DNA of 64,000 nucleotides from an uncultured Gammaproteobacteria bacterium (GTDB lineage Bacteria > Pseudomonadota > Gammaproteobacteria > UBA9214). The DNA is taken from contig CAVVHS010000008.1 in assembly GCA_963748215.1 (NCBI GenBank), positions 224,001 through 288,000 on the forward strand. The letters run 5' to 3'. Positions 53,129-63,599 of this stretch are shown in pieces. A program made the translations under genes and the position numbers. Under the pieces are notes generated by a model. That model saw nothing but the letters and a program-made list of their open reading frames with translations, was not told where the DNA came from and did no database searches. Numbering within the stretch: the first letter of the stretch is position 1; every line of letters begins with the position of its first letter.

Positions 53129-55218
53129 TTACTTGGCCGCTTCGCGCTCCTTGGTTTCCTTGATCACGTCCTCGGCGACGTTCCTCGGACAAGGCATGTA
53201 GTGCAGGAACTCCATAGAGAACTGGCCACGGCCGGAGGTCATGGTGCGCAGGTCACCGATGTAGCCGAACATGGTGCTGAGCGGGCACTCGGCACTGATG
53301 TGCACATTGGTCGCACCCGCTTCCTGTGACTTGATCATGCCGCGCCGGCGGTTGAGGTCGCCGATCACGTCACCGACATGATCTTCCGGAATGTAGACGT
53401 CCACCTTCATGATCGGCTCCATGAGCTGCGGGCCGGCCTTCGGCATGGTCTGGCGGTAAGCTGCACCGGCGGCCAGCTCGTAGGCAATGGCCGAGGAATC
53501 CACCGGGTGGTAGGCACCGTCGAGCAGGATCACCTTGAAGTCGAGACACGGGAAACCGGCCAGCACGCCGCGTTCCTTGCTCTTCTGGAAGCCCTTGTCC
53601 ACGGCCGGCCAGAATTCGCGCGGCACGGTACCACCGGTGACCGCCGACTCGAACACGTAGCCGCTGCCCGGCTCGCCCGGCTCGATGGCGTATTCGATCT
53701 TTGCGAACTGGCCGGAACCACCGGTCTGCTTCTTGTGGGTGTAGCTGTCCTCGATACGCTGCGTGATGGTCTCGCGGTAGGCCACCTGCGGTTTGCCGAC
53801 GGTCACGTCGACACCGTGGGTACGCCGCAGAATGTCGATCTTGATGTCGAGGTGCAGTTCGCCCATGCCCTTGAGGATGGTCTCGCCGCTGTCCTCGTCG
53901 GTCTCCATGCGGAACGACGGATCCTCCTTGATCATCTTGCCCAGCGCGATACCCATCTTCTCGGCCGCGCCCTTGTCCTTCGGCGCCACGGCAATCGAGA
54001 TCACCGGATCCGGGAACACCATCGGTTCCAGCGTGGCCGGATTTTTCGGATCGCACAGGGTGTGACCGGTCTGCACGTTCTTCATGCCGATCACGGCGAC
54101 GATGTCACCGGCCTGCGCACTGTCCAGCTCCTGCGCGCGAGTCGGCGTGCATTTCGACGATACGGCCGATGCGCTCGGTCTTGCCGGTGAAGGTATTGAG
54201 CACGGTGGTAGCCCTTCTCCAGCTTGCCGGAATAGATGCGGATGAAGGTCAGCGCACCGAAGCGGTCGTCCATGATCTTGAACGCCAGCGCGCGCAGCGG
54301 CTTGTCGGCATCGACGATGGCGAACTTGCCGGTCTCGTTGCCTTCCAGGTCGACTTCCGGCTGCGGGGTCACCTCGGTCGGGTCCGGCAGGTAGTCGACC
54401 ACGGCGTTCAGCACCAGCTGGATGCCCTTGTTCTTGAACGCAGAGCCGCAGTAGGTCGGGAAGAAATGCAGCGCGATGGTGCCCTTGCGGATACAACGCT
54501 TGAGGTCCTCGACGGACGGCTCCTCGCCCTCCAGGTATTTCTCCATCAGCGTCGTCGTCTTCATCGAGCGCCGTCTCGATCAGTTTCTCGCGCCACTCCT
54601 CGACCAGCTCGGCCATGTCGGCCGGCGGGTCCTCGATGGTGTAAGGCAGCCGGATCGCCGGAGTCGTCCCACACGTAGGCCTTGCGGGTAAGCAGGTCGA
54701 CGACGCCCTTGAACTCGTCCTCGATACCGATCGGCAGCACCATCACCAGCGGCACGGCAGCCGAGCACATCCTTGACCTGCTTGACCACGCGGTAGAAGT
54801 CCGCGCCCATGCGGTCGAGCTTGTTGACGAAGATCACGCGCGCGACCTCGGACTCGTTGGCATAGCGCCAGTTGGTTTCGGACTGCGGCTCAACGCCGCC
54901 GGAACCGCAGAACACGCCGACGCCGCCGTCCAGCACCTTCAGCGAACGGTAAACCTCGATGGTGAAGTCGACGTGGCCGGGGGTGTCGATGATGTTCAGG
55001 CGGTGATCGTTCCAGTAACAGCTGGTGGCAGCGGACTGGATGGTGATGCCGCGCTCGCGCTCCTGGTCCATGAAATCGGTGGTCGTTTCGCCCTCATGCA
55101 CCTCGCCGATCTTGTGGATCTTGCCGGTCAGCTTCAGGATGCGTTCCGTGGTCGTGGTCTTGCCGGCATCCACGTGGGCGAAGATACCGATGTTTCTGTA
55201 CTTGGATAGATCAGTCAT
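53129..55218 (-). CDS. fusA: Elongation factor G, stand-alone paralog; about five +1 frameshifts (near 54765, 54650, 54550, 54210, 54135)
   Basis: [52 protein letters not shown] distributed over the frames; no rpsL/rpsG/tuf neighbours. Confidence 0.94.
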
Positions 55219-55459
55219 GTTCCTGCTACTCGTTGGTTAACTCGTTAAATCGACACACGTTATTGACCAGTGACCGGGTACCCGGCGCGGCTGTGACACA
55301 TGCCCGCGGTCGTGTGCATACCTGAAGATAAGGCGCGGGATTATAAACGATAGTGGCAACAAATCCATGAATCGGGCGCATTTCAGGCCGATTTCGCGGC
55401 AACGGGCGGGGGCCAACCTTGCGCACGCGGCGGCCGGCCCGCGCCGTTATAATGCCGCC

Positions 55460-55684
55460 ATGCACGATTTCCTGCGCCGCATTGCCGATGACCTGCTGGA
55501 GATCGAGGTCACCCTGCGCCGCCATGGCCGCCGGGGTCAGGTCCGGCCGCCGGCCAGGAGCGGGATCTTCGACACTGCCGGGCAGTGCCTGCGCAGGAAC
55601 GATCCGCCGAACGGTGCGCTGCTGGCGTGTATCCGGCGCTTCGATGAGCTGATCGCCATCCAGTCCTCGCCGCGCCGCCATTGA
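55460..55684 (+). pseudogene. YqcC-like protein apparently lacking its central segment
   Basis: N-terminus IADDLLEIEVTLRRHG and C-terminus P..SGI...A...LL..IRRFDELI resemble YqcC ends; the P-F..D...WLQW core is absent. Confidence 0.55.
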
Positions 55685-56052
55685 ACGCCAGCCCGCCCGT
55701 GACGCTGGATAATTTCCTGCGGCAGCTGCGGGAACGCCCGGAGCTGGTCGAATTCGATGCCACCCTGGCACTGATCGACGCGCTCTATCGCTTCACACCC
55801 GTGGCATTCCGCAACGGCACGCTGCACAACGCGGCCGGCCAGAACACCGGTTCCTGCAAGCTGCTCGCCTTCACCCGGCTTCACGGCCTCACCGGGCAGG
55901 AGACGCTGGCCTGTTTCGGACACCACTACCGGGACGCCGTACGGCTGCAACCGGACGGCGACAATCACCCGAATATCCGCAATTTCATGGCCAGTGGCTG
56001 GGCCGGCGTCGTGTTCGAGGCCGATCCGCTGACGCCGCGCCAGCCACGCTGA
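55681..56052 (+). CDS. HopJ-family protein
   Basis: F..T...ID..Y.FTP.AF.NG...NAAGQN.GSCKL, FG..YR, H.NIRNFM..GW.G. Confidence 0.9.
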   Translation: MNASPPVTLDNFLRQLRERPELVEFDATLALIDALYRFTPVAFRNGTLHNAAGQNTGSCKLLAFTRLHGLTGQETLACFGHHYRDAVRLQPDGDNHPNIRNFMASGWAGVVFEADPLTPRQPR

Positions 56053-56096
56053 CAGCCGTCATCTCAAGATCCCGACCCCGGGACCGATGCCCGGAC

Positions 56097-57338
56097 ATGG
56101 ACTCTGTCAATGTACTCGCGCGCCACGGCTTCAGCATCGGCACCGGGCTGTTCGAGGCCGTTCCCGGTCAGCGCTTCGTGCTGCCGTTCCGGCGTGCCAG
56201 GGTGGCCCTGCTGGTCATCGCGCTCATGGCACTCGTCATGACCGTGCCGGCCGTACATACGTTCCGCGACGCTGCCGGCAGCTGGGGCAATCTCGATGGC
56301 CTGTTCGACCTGACCTCGGCCCTGTTCCTGACCGGCTGGCTGCTGGGCTGGTCGATGGGCCTGTTCATCCTGTACGGCCTGTTCGCATTGCTGTGGCTCG
56401 GGCGGGAGACACTGGTGCTGCGTCCCGGTGCCGTGGAAATCCGGCTCGGCCTGCCGTTCCTGTTCCTCCGGGTGCGGCTCGATCCCTCTCGCATCAGCGA
56501 GTTGCACCATCACGTACCGCAGGCAGGCTACGGCACCGCCTGGCGCGGACCGCACCTGGCATTCGACTATGACGGTTCCCACATGGCGATCGGCTCCAAT
56601 CTCGACCCGGCCGCCGCCGACCGGCTGGCCGGACTGATCCGCGCCCTGCCGGCCAGTACCGGCACCAGCGCGCCCGGCTACTACATCACCACGCCGCAGC
56701 AGGCGCTGGCTGCCGGCGCGGACACCGACGACGCGACTGACCCGGCGCCCGTGATCACCCGGGCCGAATCCTTCCCGCTATCCATGCTGGTACTGGTTGC
56801 CGCCAACCTGGTGCCGGTCATCGGCGTGCTGCTCTACGGCTGGGACCTCGGCAAACTGATGGTCCTGTTCTGGGCGGAAAGCGGCATTATCGGTCTCTAC
56901 AACCTGCTCAAGATGGCCGTGGTGCAGCGCTGGGTGGTGTTGTTTACCGGCCCGTTGTTCGTCGGCCACTTCGGCGCCTTCATGGCCGTGCATTTCCTGT
57001 TCGTCTACGAGTTGTTCGTTTCACGCAATACCAGCGTGGACAGCTCGCTGGCGGAGGTGGGTCAGTACCTGTTCGCGCTGTGGCCGGCGCTGCTGGCCCT
57101 GCTGCTCAGTCACGGGCTGTCATTTTTCTACAACTTCATCGGGCGCGGCGAATACCGCAACAAGCGCATGCGCGAGCAGATGGGCGAGCCGTACGGCCGC
57201 GTCATGATCATGCATGTCACGGTGATCATCGGCGGCGGCCTGAGCCTGGTGCTGGGCAATCCTGCCGCGGCACTGCTGTTGCTCGTGGCGCTCAAGGTCG
57301 CGGCGGACATCACCGCGCATCGCAGGCAGCACCGCTAG
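56097..57338 (+). CDS. Membrane protein with C-terminal DUF6498-like domain
   Basis: L.AANLVP..GVL..GW, FW.ES, F..HFG.F, PYGRVMIMH. Confidence 0.78.
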   Translation: MDSVNVLARHGFSIGTGLFEAVPGQRFVLPFRRARVALLVIALMALVMTVPAVHTFRDAAGSWGNLDGLFDLTSALFLTGWLLGWSMGLFILYGLFALLWLGRETLVLRPGAVEIRLGLPFLFLRVRLDPSRISELHHHVPQAGYGTAWRGPHLAFDYDGSHMAIGSNLDPAAADRLAGLIRALPASTGTSAPGYYITTPQQALAAGADTDDATDPAPVITRAESFPLSMLVLVAANLVPVIGVLLYGWDLGKLMVLFWAESGIIGLYNLLKMAVVQRWVVLFTGPLFVGHFGAFMAVHFLFVYELFVSRNTSVDSSLAEVGQYLFALWPALLALLLSHGLSFFYNFIGRGEYRNKRMREQMGEPYGRVMIMHVTVIIGGGLSLVLGNPAAALLLLVALKVAADITAHRRQHR

Positions 57339-57980
57339 CCCGCATTTCTCACCGGGATCCCGGAGAAGGTGAGACCGCGTAGCGGTCGAGAGGCTGGCCT
57401 GGGCCATGCTGGCGCACGACTGCAGGGATGCAGGAGGTAGAGCAATGCAGGGAGCAATTGCCGAGGGCTCGTGTGACCGGACGACGCTCTGGAACGAAAG
57501 ACCCGCTCGAGGCACAGAGCAGGGGCCCCGGCGTAGCCGGGGATGCGACAGCCAGTGGGCGGGATGTCGCTTCGAATACCACCGCGGGTCTTCGCTTCAC
57601 CGGGGGTCAGATCCCCACCGCTGCGCGGCGGGGCCCCTCTTCCGCCCCTCGAAGCGATGCAGCCGTAGCTACCACTTGTGTGATGAGGTCGCTCCCGACG
57701 GTCGCTACGGGCTTCCTGCCCTCTCGCGACACTTGTGCATCCCTGCACATCGTCCTGTCTCCCGGCGACGATGGACAGGAAGTCCGAGTGTCGCGAAGCA
57801 CAGGGATGTGCGAGAGCGACCACTTGTACATCCCTGTACATCGCAAGTACGGGTGCACGAGAACCAGCCAGGGCCGGGATAGGCAGCGGCCAATGACACG
57901 CTATTTGCTACCGTATGAGTATTGGTTTCATGGTTTCAGCTCATTATGTCGGATAACCGTCGCCCGGTGAGAAATGCGGG
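57339..57980. mobile_element. 642-bp non-autonomous element (MITE) with nested hairpin cargo
   Basis: Perfect 18-bp TIRs CCCGCATTTCTCACCGGG / CCCGGTGAGAAATGCGGG, CTAG duplicated on both sides, no transposase. Ends resemble IS1380-family termini (inference). Confidence 0.9.
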
Positions 57981-59306
57981 CTAGCCGAACATATCGTAGG
58001 TAATGTTGCGATACCAGTCGACGGCGTAGATGGCCTCCAGCGGCCGCGCCGCCGGGTCATCGGCCGCACTGACACCGCCGGAACCCTCGACCGCGACAGC
58101 CTTGCCGTCCACCATCTTGTAGACGCCGGAGACGGAGATGCCATGCTCCGGCGTGATCAGGCTGTAGCAGGTGTTGATCCAGTACGGCGCGATCGGCGGC
58201 TCGCCCCTGAGCAGCTGCACCACGTTGGCGGCACACACCTTGGCCTCGGAATTCGCCGCATAACCGGACTTCGGCAACGGTGCCTGGATGGCCGCATCAC
58301 CGATCACGTGAATATCGGGTAACAGTCGGGATTCCCAGGTCAGGTAATCAACCGGACACCAGCCACTGGCATCGGCCAGCCCCGCCTGCACGGCGAGATC
58401 GCCGGCCCGCTGCGCGGGAATGATATTGATGACATCACCCGGGTGCGAACCGAACTCGGTCCGTACCGTCATGTTTGGAACATCGACGCCGACAACCCGG
58501 CCGTCCTGACCCGCCGGCACCCATTCGATCATGGCGTGATCGGTACCGTAGCCGAAGTGTTGTTCCCAACCGGCGATGAACAGCGACTGCTTGGAGAACT
58601 TGTCCTTGGCATCCAGGATCAGCACCCGGGAGCGGGGTTTAAACTTGCTCAGGTAGTACGCGATCATGCTGGCGCGCTCGGGCGGACCGGGTGGACAGCG
58701 AAACGGATCGGGCGGCGGCGCGATGATCACGGTGCCGCCATCCGGCATCGCCTCCAGTTGCCGCCGCAGCAGCGCGGTCTGTGCACCGCCGTGCCAGGCA
58801 TGCGGCATGGCCTGCATCGCTGCGGCATCGTAACCTTCCACGTTGTCCCGGAACCCGATGCCGGGCGACACGATCAGGCGGTCATAGCCGAGCGTGTCGC
58901 CACCCGCCAGCGTCACCCGGTGCCGGTCCGGGTCGATGGCCGTCACCGTGTCATGCACGACCTTCACACCGTGCCGGTCGCGCAGATTGTCGTAGCTGTG
59001 GGTAATGAAATCCATGCCATGCAGACCGCCCAGCACCCAGTTGCTTGCCGGGCAGGTAACGAAGACCGTCTTCGGTTCGATCAGCGTGACGTCGATGTCG
59101 CTGGCGAAATGACGCAGGTAGCGGGCGGCAGTCACGCCACCGAATCCACCCCCGACCACCACCACCCGGGCCGGGCCGGTCTTGCCTGCTGCAACCCCGG
59201 TTTCCGGCGCGACGTCCGCCCTGTTTCCCGCGCGCTCGTCACAGCCTGCCAGCAGCAGGCCGGCGCCGGACGCCTGGAGAAATCGTCTTCTGCTGAATCC
59301 GGGCAT
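57981..59306 (-). CDS. fccB: Flavocytochrome c sulfide dehydrogenase, flavoprotein subunit
   Basis: Tat signal SRRRFL, GGGFGG, TCPASN (FAD-linking Cys), RCPPGP.ER, GWCPV, PKSG..AN, NTCYS. Confidence 0.92.
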   Translation of the reverse strand: MPGFSRRRFLQASGAGLLLAGCDERAGNRADVAPETGVAAGKTGPARVVVVGGGFGGVTAARYLRHFASDIDVTLIEPKTVFVTCPASNWVLGGLHGMDFITHSYDNLRDRHGVKVVHDTVTAIDPDRHRVTLAGGDTLGYDRLIVSPGIGFRDNVEGYDAAAMQAMPHAWHGGAQTALLRRQLEAMPDGGTVIIAPPPDPFRCPPGPPERASMIAYYLSKFKPRSRVLILDAKDKFSKQSLFIAGWEQHFGYGTDHAMIEWVPAGQDGRVVGVDVPNMTVRTEFGSHPGDVINIIPAQRAGDLAVQAGLADASGWCPVDYLTWESRLLPDIHVIGDAAIQAPLPKSGYAANSEAKVCAANVVQLLRGEPPIAPYWINTCYSLITPEHGISVSGVYKMVDGKAVAVEGSGGVSAADDPAARPLEAIYAVDWYRNITYDMFG

Positions 59307-59308
59307 GG

Positions 59309-59617
59309 TCAGTTCCTCGCAAGGCTCGCGACGTAGCTGGCCACGGCATCGATTTCCTCGTCCGTGTAACCCCTGGCGATACGTCCCATGATGGTAGAAC
59401 TGCGTGTGCCGTCCCGGAATTCCTGCAACGACTTGGCAATAAACTGTGCCGGCACACCGACGATGACCGGCGGGATGCTGGTCTCGTTGGCACCGGCGGC
59501 GCCGTGGCAGCCGAAACAGGCGGAACCGATGGTCCTGCCGGTCAAATTTTCAGCACTCACTGCCAGCACCGGTATGGCACTGGACAGCAGCAATGCTAGT
59601 AACCCTCTGTATTTCAT
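59309..59617 (-). CDS. fccA: Monoheme cytochrome c subunit of flavocytochrome c
   Basis: Signal peptide, [19 protein letters not shown]. Confidence 0.9.
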   Translation of the reverse strand: MKYRGLLALLLSSAIPVLAVSAENLTGRTIGSACFGCHGAAGANETSIPPVIVGVPAQFIAKSLQEFRDGTRSSTIMGRIARGYTDEEIDAVASYVASLARN

Positions 59618-59836
59618 CGCCCGCCCCCTGTCTCGATTTCGAACTCGGCGTGTGCCATTACAAACATAGCTGCAAATCGGGAAATTTTCACCGTCCCCGG
59701 CAAACTACGATACGTCACACCGGTCGACCCGGGCCTCGCTGTAGGCTGACAATACAGTCAGTCAGAACCCGGCATCTTGTTAAAAAAACGGGATTTTCTG
59801 CCGCTATGGAACTGAAAGTCGAACCGGAAACCAGCC

Positions 59837-60391
59837 ATGCACATCGTACTTGCCGTTTTATCCTCGGTCGCAGGCCTGATCTGGGCGCTCGTCGCGCTGC
59901 GACGCTCCGGATTCAGCCCCGACGCGATCAACCCGTTCCTGTGGCTGCGCCGCTTGCGCTGGCGCAAACAGTACAGCATTCCACCGCTGTACCGACTCGA
60001 CGAACCCATGGATGTCGCCGCCGTGCTGCTCCTGGGCACGGCCAAGTGCGAGGGGGAGATCAGCACCGAACAGAAGCGTGCCATCCGAGCGATATTCGAA
60101 CATGAATTCAAATTCGACAGCGACATGGCATCCGACCTGCTGCTGGCGAGTGCGTACCTGATTCGCGACGAGATCTACCTGGTCGACAAGCTGGACAGGA
60201 TCATCGATGCCAGCAGTACACGCTTCACACCCGAACAGGCAGCCTCGCTGCTGGCGCTGATGACGCGTGTCGGTACGCTGGAGCCACCGCTCAACGAGGA
60301 ACAGCGCAAGCTGATCACATCGACCGAAAAATACTTCGAAAGACTGTTCGCGAAACAGCAGGCGTGGAAACCGGATACCACGGGTGGTTAA
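59837..60391 (+). CDS. Membrane-anchored TerB-like protein
   Basis: N-terminal TM, INPF.W.RR..W, A.LL...AK.EG.IS.EQK, helical TerB-like pattern. Confidence 0.7.
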   Translation: MHIVLAVLSSVAGLIWALVALRRSGFSPDAINPFLWLRRLRWRKQYSIPPLYRLDEPMDVAAVLLLGTAKCEGEISTEQKRAIRAIFEHEFKFDSDMASDLLLASAYLIRDEIYLVDKLDRIIDASSTRFTPEQAASLLALMTRVGTLEPPLNEEQRKLITSTEKYFERLFAKQQAWKPDTTGG

Positions 60392-60518
60392 ACCGCAGCA
60401 TCAGTCTTGACCACGTCAATTCTCTACCACGAACGCCAACCACAGAATTCCGCAACGGAGCTCCGGCTACTGCGTGGCGGGATTGCAACAGGTACCTGAT
60501 CGCCATGCAAGCATTTCA

Positions 60519-60582
60519 TGGCCACGGAACCACACGGAAATGCGGTTTACTGTTTCTGTGCCTTTCCGTGTAGTTCCGTTGC
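60519..60582. repeat. CCACGGAA.CACACGGAAA-type inverted intergenic repeat
   Basis: gccacggaaccacacggaaa ... tttccgtgtagttccgttgc. Confidence 0.65.
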
Positions 60583-60704
60583 AATTTACAAACGATTACC
60601 CGTCTCGTGAACAATCATCCGGCCGACTGAATTGCCTCCATACTGCGCACTACACATAGACCAGCTCTCGCTGGCACTGGCGGTCCGCCATCCCGAGGAC
60701 GATT

Positions 60705-61304
60705 TTACAATGCGATACCAGACAGAATCTCGCCCCGGCTGTTAACGCGCTGCAGCACCTGGCCGGCCGCGCTGACATCCAGCCGCAGTCGCAATACCAC
60801 AGAGGAGCGACGCGTGGAAAGCCCTTCGTAGCGGAACAGGATACACAGGCTTCGGCCCTGTGCGGCGGCCTTCTGCAGGCGTTTGCCCATCAGCTCGGTA
60901 TCGCAGCCCGGCCATGCCAGCACTGCGGCGCAGGCCCCGGTCTCCAGCAGCGATTCCACCGTCCACAATGCACTGCGTCCGGGATGCGGATTGACCTGCA
61001 GCAGGTGGTTGGCGTTGATGTCGGGATCGGTGTACAGGCCGGCTCGCGCTTCAAACGGCGGTGTCACCATCGCAATCATGCGCCCCTGCTGACCGAGGCG
61101 TCGCAGGGCCGGCAACACCAGGTCCATGGCATCGGCCAGCATGTCCGGCACGATGATTTCCACCACGCCATCCCGCGGCCAGCCACCGTCCGGCAACAGC
61201 TCGTCCAGGCCGGCCACACCGCTGGGAAAGACGCGTGCGCGTCCCCTGGCAGCGTCGCGCTCCCAGGCATTGAGGTGATGCAGCTTCGTGACAGTATTCA
61301 TCAT
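60705..61304 (-). CDS. imuA: ImuA/SulA-like RecA-fold protein
   Basis: SG...LD.LLP.GGWP...V.EI, ALW..E..L..G.C.AVLAW, RLQ.AA; overlaps the lexA stop. Confidence 0.78.
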   Translation of the reverse strand: MMNTVTKLHHLNAWERDAARGRARVFPSGVAGLDELLPDGGWPRDGVVEIIVPDMLADAMDLVLPALRRLGQQGRMIAMVTPPFEARAGLYTDPDINANHLLQVNPHPGRSALWTVESLLETGACAAVLAWPGCDTELMGKRLQKAAAQGRSLCILFRYEGLSTRRSSVVLRLRLDVSAAGQVLQRVNSRGEILSGIAL

Positions 61305-61909
61305 GATATCTCCTTGCGCAGTACACCGACCGCCAGACCCTCGATCACCAGCGCCTGCTCGCGCAGGTCAACACGGATCGGTTCGTAGTCCGGATTTTCC
61401 GGCAGTAGCCGAACCACCGCCCCGCGCTGCCGGAAACGCTTGACGGTCACATCATCACCCACTCTTGCCACCACGACCTGACCGTTTTCCACGTGTGCGG
61501 TGCGGTGCACGGCCAGCAGGTCGCCGTCGAGAATGCCGATATCGCGCATGCTGTCGCCACGCACACGCAAGAGGTAATCCGCGCCGGGATGAAAGGTACG
61601 CGGCTCGACCTGGCAGTAATCCTCGATATTCTGTTCGGCCAGGATCGGCTCGCCGGCCGCCACACGTCCGACCACCGGCAGGCCGTAGTCCTCTTCCAGG
61701 AGGCGGATGCCGCGCGATGCGCCGGGCACCAGCTCGATATAGCCCTTGCGTTCCAGTGCGCGCAGGTGATCCTCCGCGGCGTTCGGCGAACGGAAGCCGA
61801 GGGTGTCGGCGATTTCGGCACGGGTGGGCGGGCAACCCTCTTCCGTGACATAGTCGCGGATGAGTTCGAGGATTTCGGCCTGGCGGGCGGTAAGCGTGTT
61901 CTGCGGCAT
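61301..61909 (-). CDS. lexA: SOS repressor LexA
   Basis: [40 protein letters not shown]. Confidence 0.97.
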   Translation of the reverse strand: MPQNTLTARQAEILELIRDYVTEEGCPPTRAEIADTLGFRSPNAAEDHLRALERKGYIELVPGASRGIRLLEEDYGLPVVGRVAAGEPILAEQNIEDYCQVEPRTFHPGADYLLRVRGDSMRDIGILDGDLLAVHRTAHVENGQVVVARVGDDVTVKRFRQRGAVVRLLPENPDYEPIRVDLREQALVIEGLAVGVLRKEIS

Positions 61910-61918
61910 ATTCAATTA

Positions 61919-61953
61919 CTGGTTATCTATACAGTTGCTGTGATTATATACAG
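61919..61953. promoter_or_regulatory. Tandem E. coli-type SOS boxes
   Basis: CTGgttatctataCAG (61919-61934) and CTGtgattatataCAG (61938-61953). Confidence 0.92.
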
Positions 61954-62098
61954 TAGTTTCGCGCATGCAAGTATTTTTTATCTAACTGATTATGCTGATA
62001 TTGTCGCCCGCCACCCCGGTCTTGCCCCGTCCTGGGCCGGGACAGTACAGGCAGACCGGAATTCCATTATCATAGGCGCACCCAACCGGTAGACAGTC

Positions 62099-63332
62099 AT
62101 GCCCACGTCACAGCACCCCATCCATTCCCGCCACAGCGTGCCCGTCCGGGTCGGCACCGTCGTCATCGGCGGCGACGCTCCGGTGGTCGTCCAGTCGATG
62201 ACCAATACCGACACCGCCGACGTCGCGGCCACCGTGCACCAGGTGCGCGAACTGGCCCAGGCCGGTTCCGAGCTGGTGCGCATCACCGTGAATTCCGAGG
62301 CCGCCGCCGCAGCGGTGCCTGCCATCGCGGAGCAGCTGGCGCAGGACGATACAGCGGTGCCGCTGATCGGCGACTTCCATTTCAACGGCCACAAGCTGCT
62401 GGCGAAATACCCGGACTGCGCGCTGGCGCTGGCCAAGTACCGCATCAATCCCGGCAACGTCGGCCGCGGCAAGAAACGCGACGAGCAGTTCGCGCAAATG
62501 GTCGAGACCGCCTGCCGCCATGACAAGCCGGTGCGCATCGGCGTCAACTGGGGCAGCCTCGACCAGGCGCTGGTGGCGCGGCTGATGGACGCTAACTCGA
62601 AACGTGACGAACCGCTGGACGCACAGGACATCATGCACGAAATCATGGTCACCTCGGCGCTGGAGAGCGCCGCCCAGGCGGAGGCACTCGGCCTGCCGCG
62701 CGATCACATCACGCTGTCGGCGAAGCTGAGCGGCGTGCAGGACCTGATCGCGGTTTACCGCATGCTGTCGGCGCAGTCCGACTATGCCCTGCACCTCGGA
62801 CTTACCGAGGCCGGCATGGGCTCCAAGGGCATCGTGGCCTCGACCGCGGCGCTGGCGGTGCTGCTGCAGGAGGGTATCGGCGACACCATCCGCATCTCGC
62901 TGACGCCGGAGCCCGGTGGCGACCGCACACACGAGGTCATCGTCGCGCAGGAACTGCTGCAGTCGATGGGCCTGCGTCATTTCACACCGGCCGTGATCGC
63001 CTGCCCCGGCTGCGGGCGCACCACGAGTACCTATTTCCAGCAGCTCGCGCAGGACATCCAGTCGCACCTGCGCAGCGCAGATGCCCCGATGGCGCGCGCA
63101 CTACCCCGGCGTGGAGGAAATGAAGGTGGCCGTCATGGGTTGCGTGGTCAACGGTCCCGGCGAGAGCAAGCATGCCGACATCGGCATCAGCCTGCCGGGC
63201 ACCGGCGAGGTGCCGGTTGCGCCGGTGTATGTCGACGGCGAGAAGACCGTCACGCTGAAGGGCGACTCTATCGCCGCGGATTTCCAGCGCATCGTCGACG
63301 AGTACGTGCAGCGACGTTACGGCGGGCCGTAG
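62099..63332 (+). CDS. ispG: (E)-4-hydroxy-3-methylbut-2-enyl-diphosphate synthase; +1 frameshift near 63077
   Basis: [46 protein letters not shown], then [12 protein letters not shown] in the second frame. Confidence 0.95.
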
Positions 63333-63599
63333 CTGTAATGCCGGCACACTGACGCCGTTTAAGTCAGCGATCCCGGATTGTCTGAAAGCGCCATGGTATC
63401 CATTGGCCGACTCGGCCGGATTGCAGGATACTGCAAGGGAAAACCGCGGCAGTCATGCCCGATGCGGTTCGTACCTCAGCATATCCTGCGCAGCCCTGCC
63501 CAACAGTATCCTGGCGATTTTGCGTTCTGGCGCAAGCCATTCCTGTCCGGCCATAGCTGCGTCACAGCGTACCCGTGATGACGCAGCCTCCTGCAGCCG

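Noticed and set aside
55681-56052. HopJ as evidence of type III secretion or pathogenicity
   Set aside because: The family is widespread in non-pathogens and no T3SS genes are present in the window.
57335-57970. ORFs inside the MITE as a transposase
   Set aside because: No DDE or HUH motifs; the sequence is dominated by nested hairpins.
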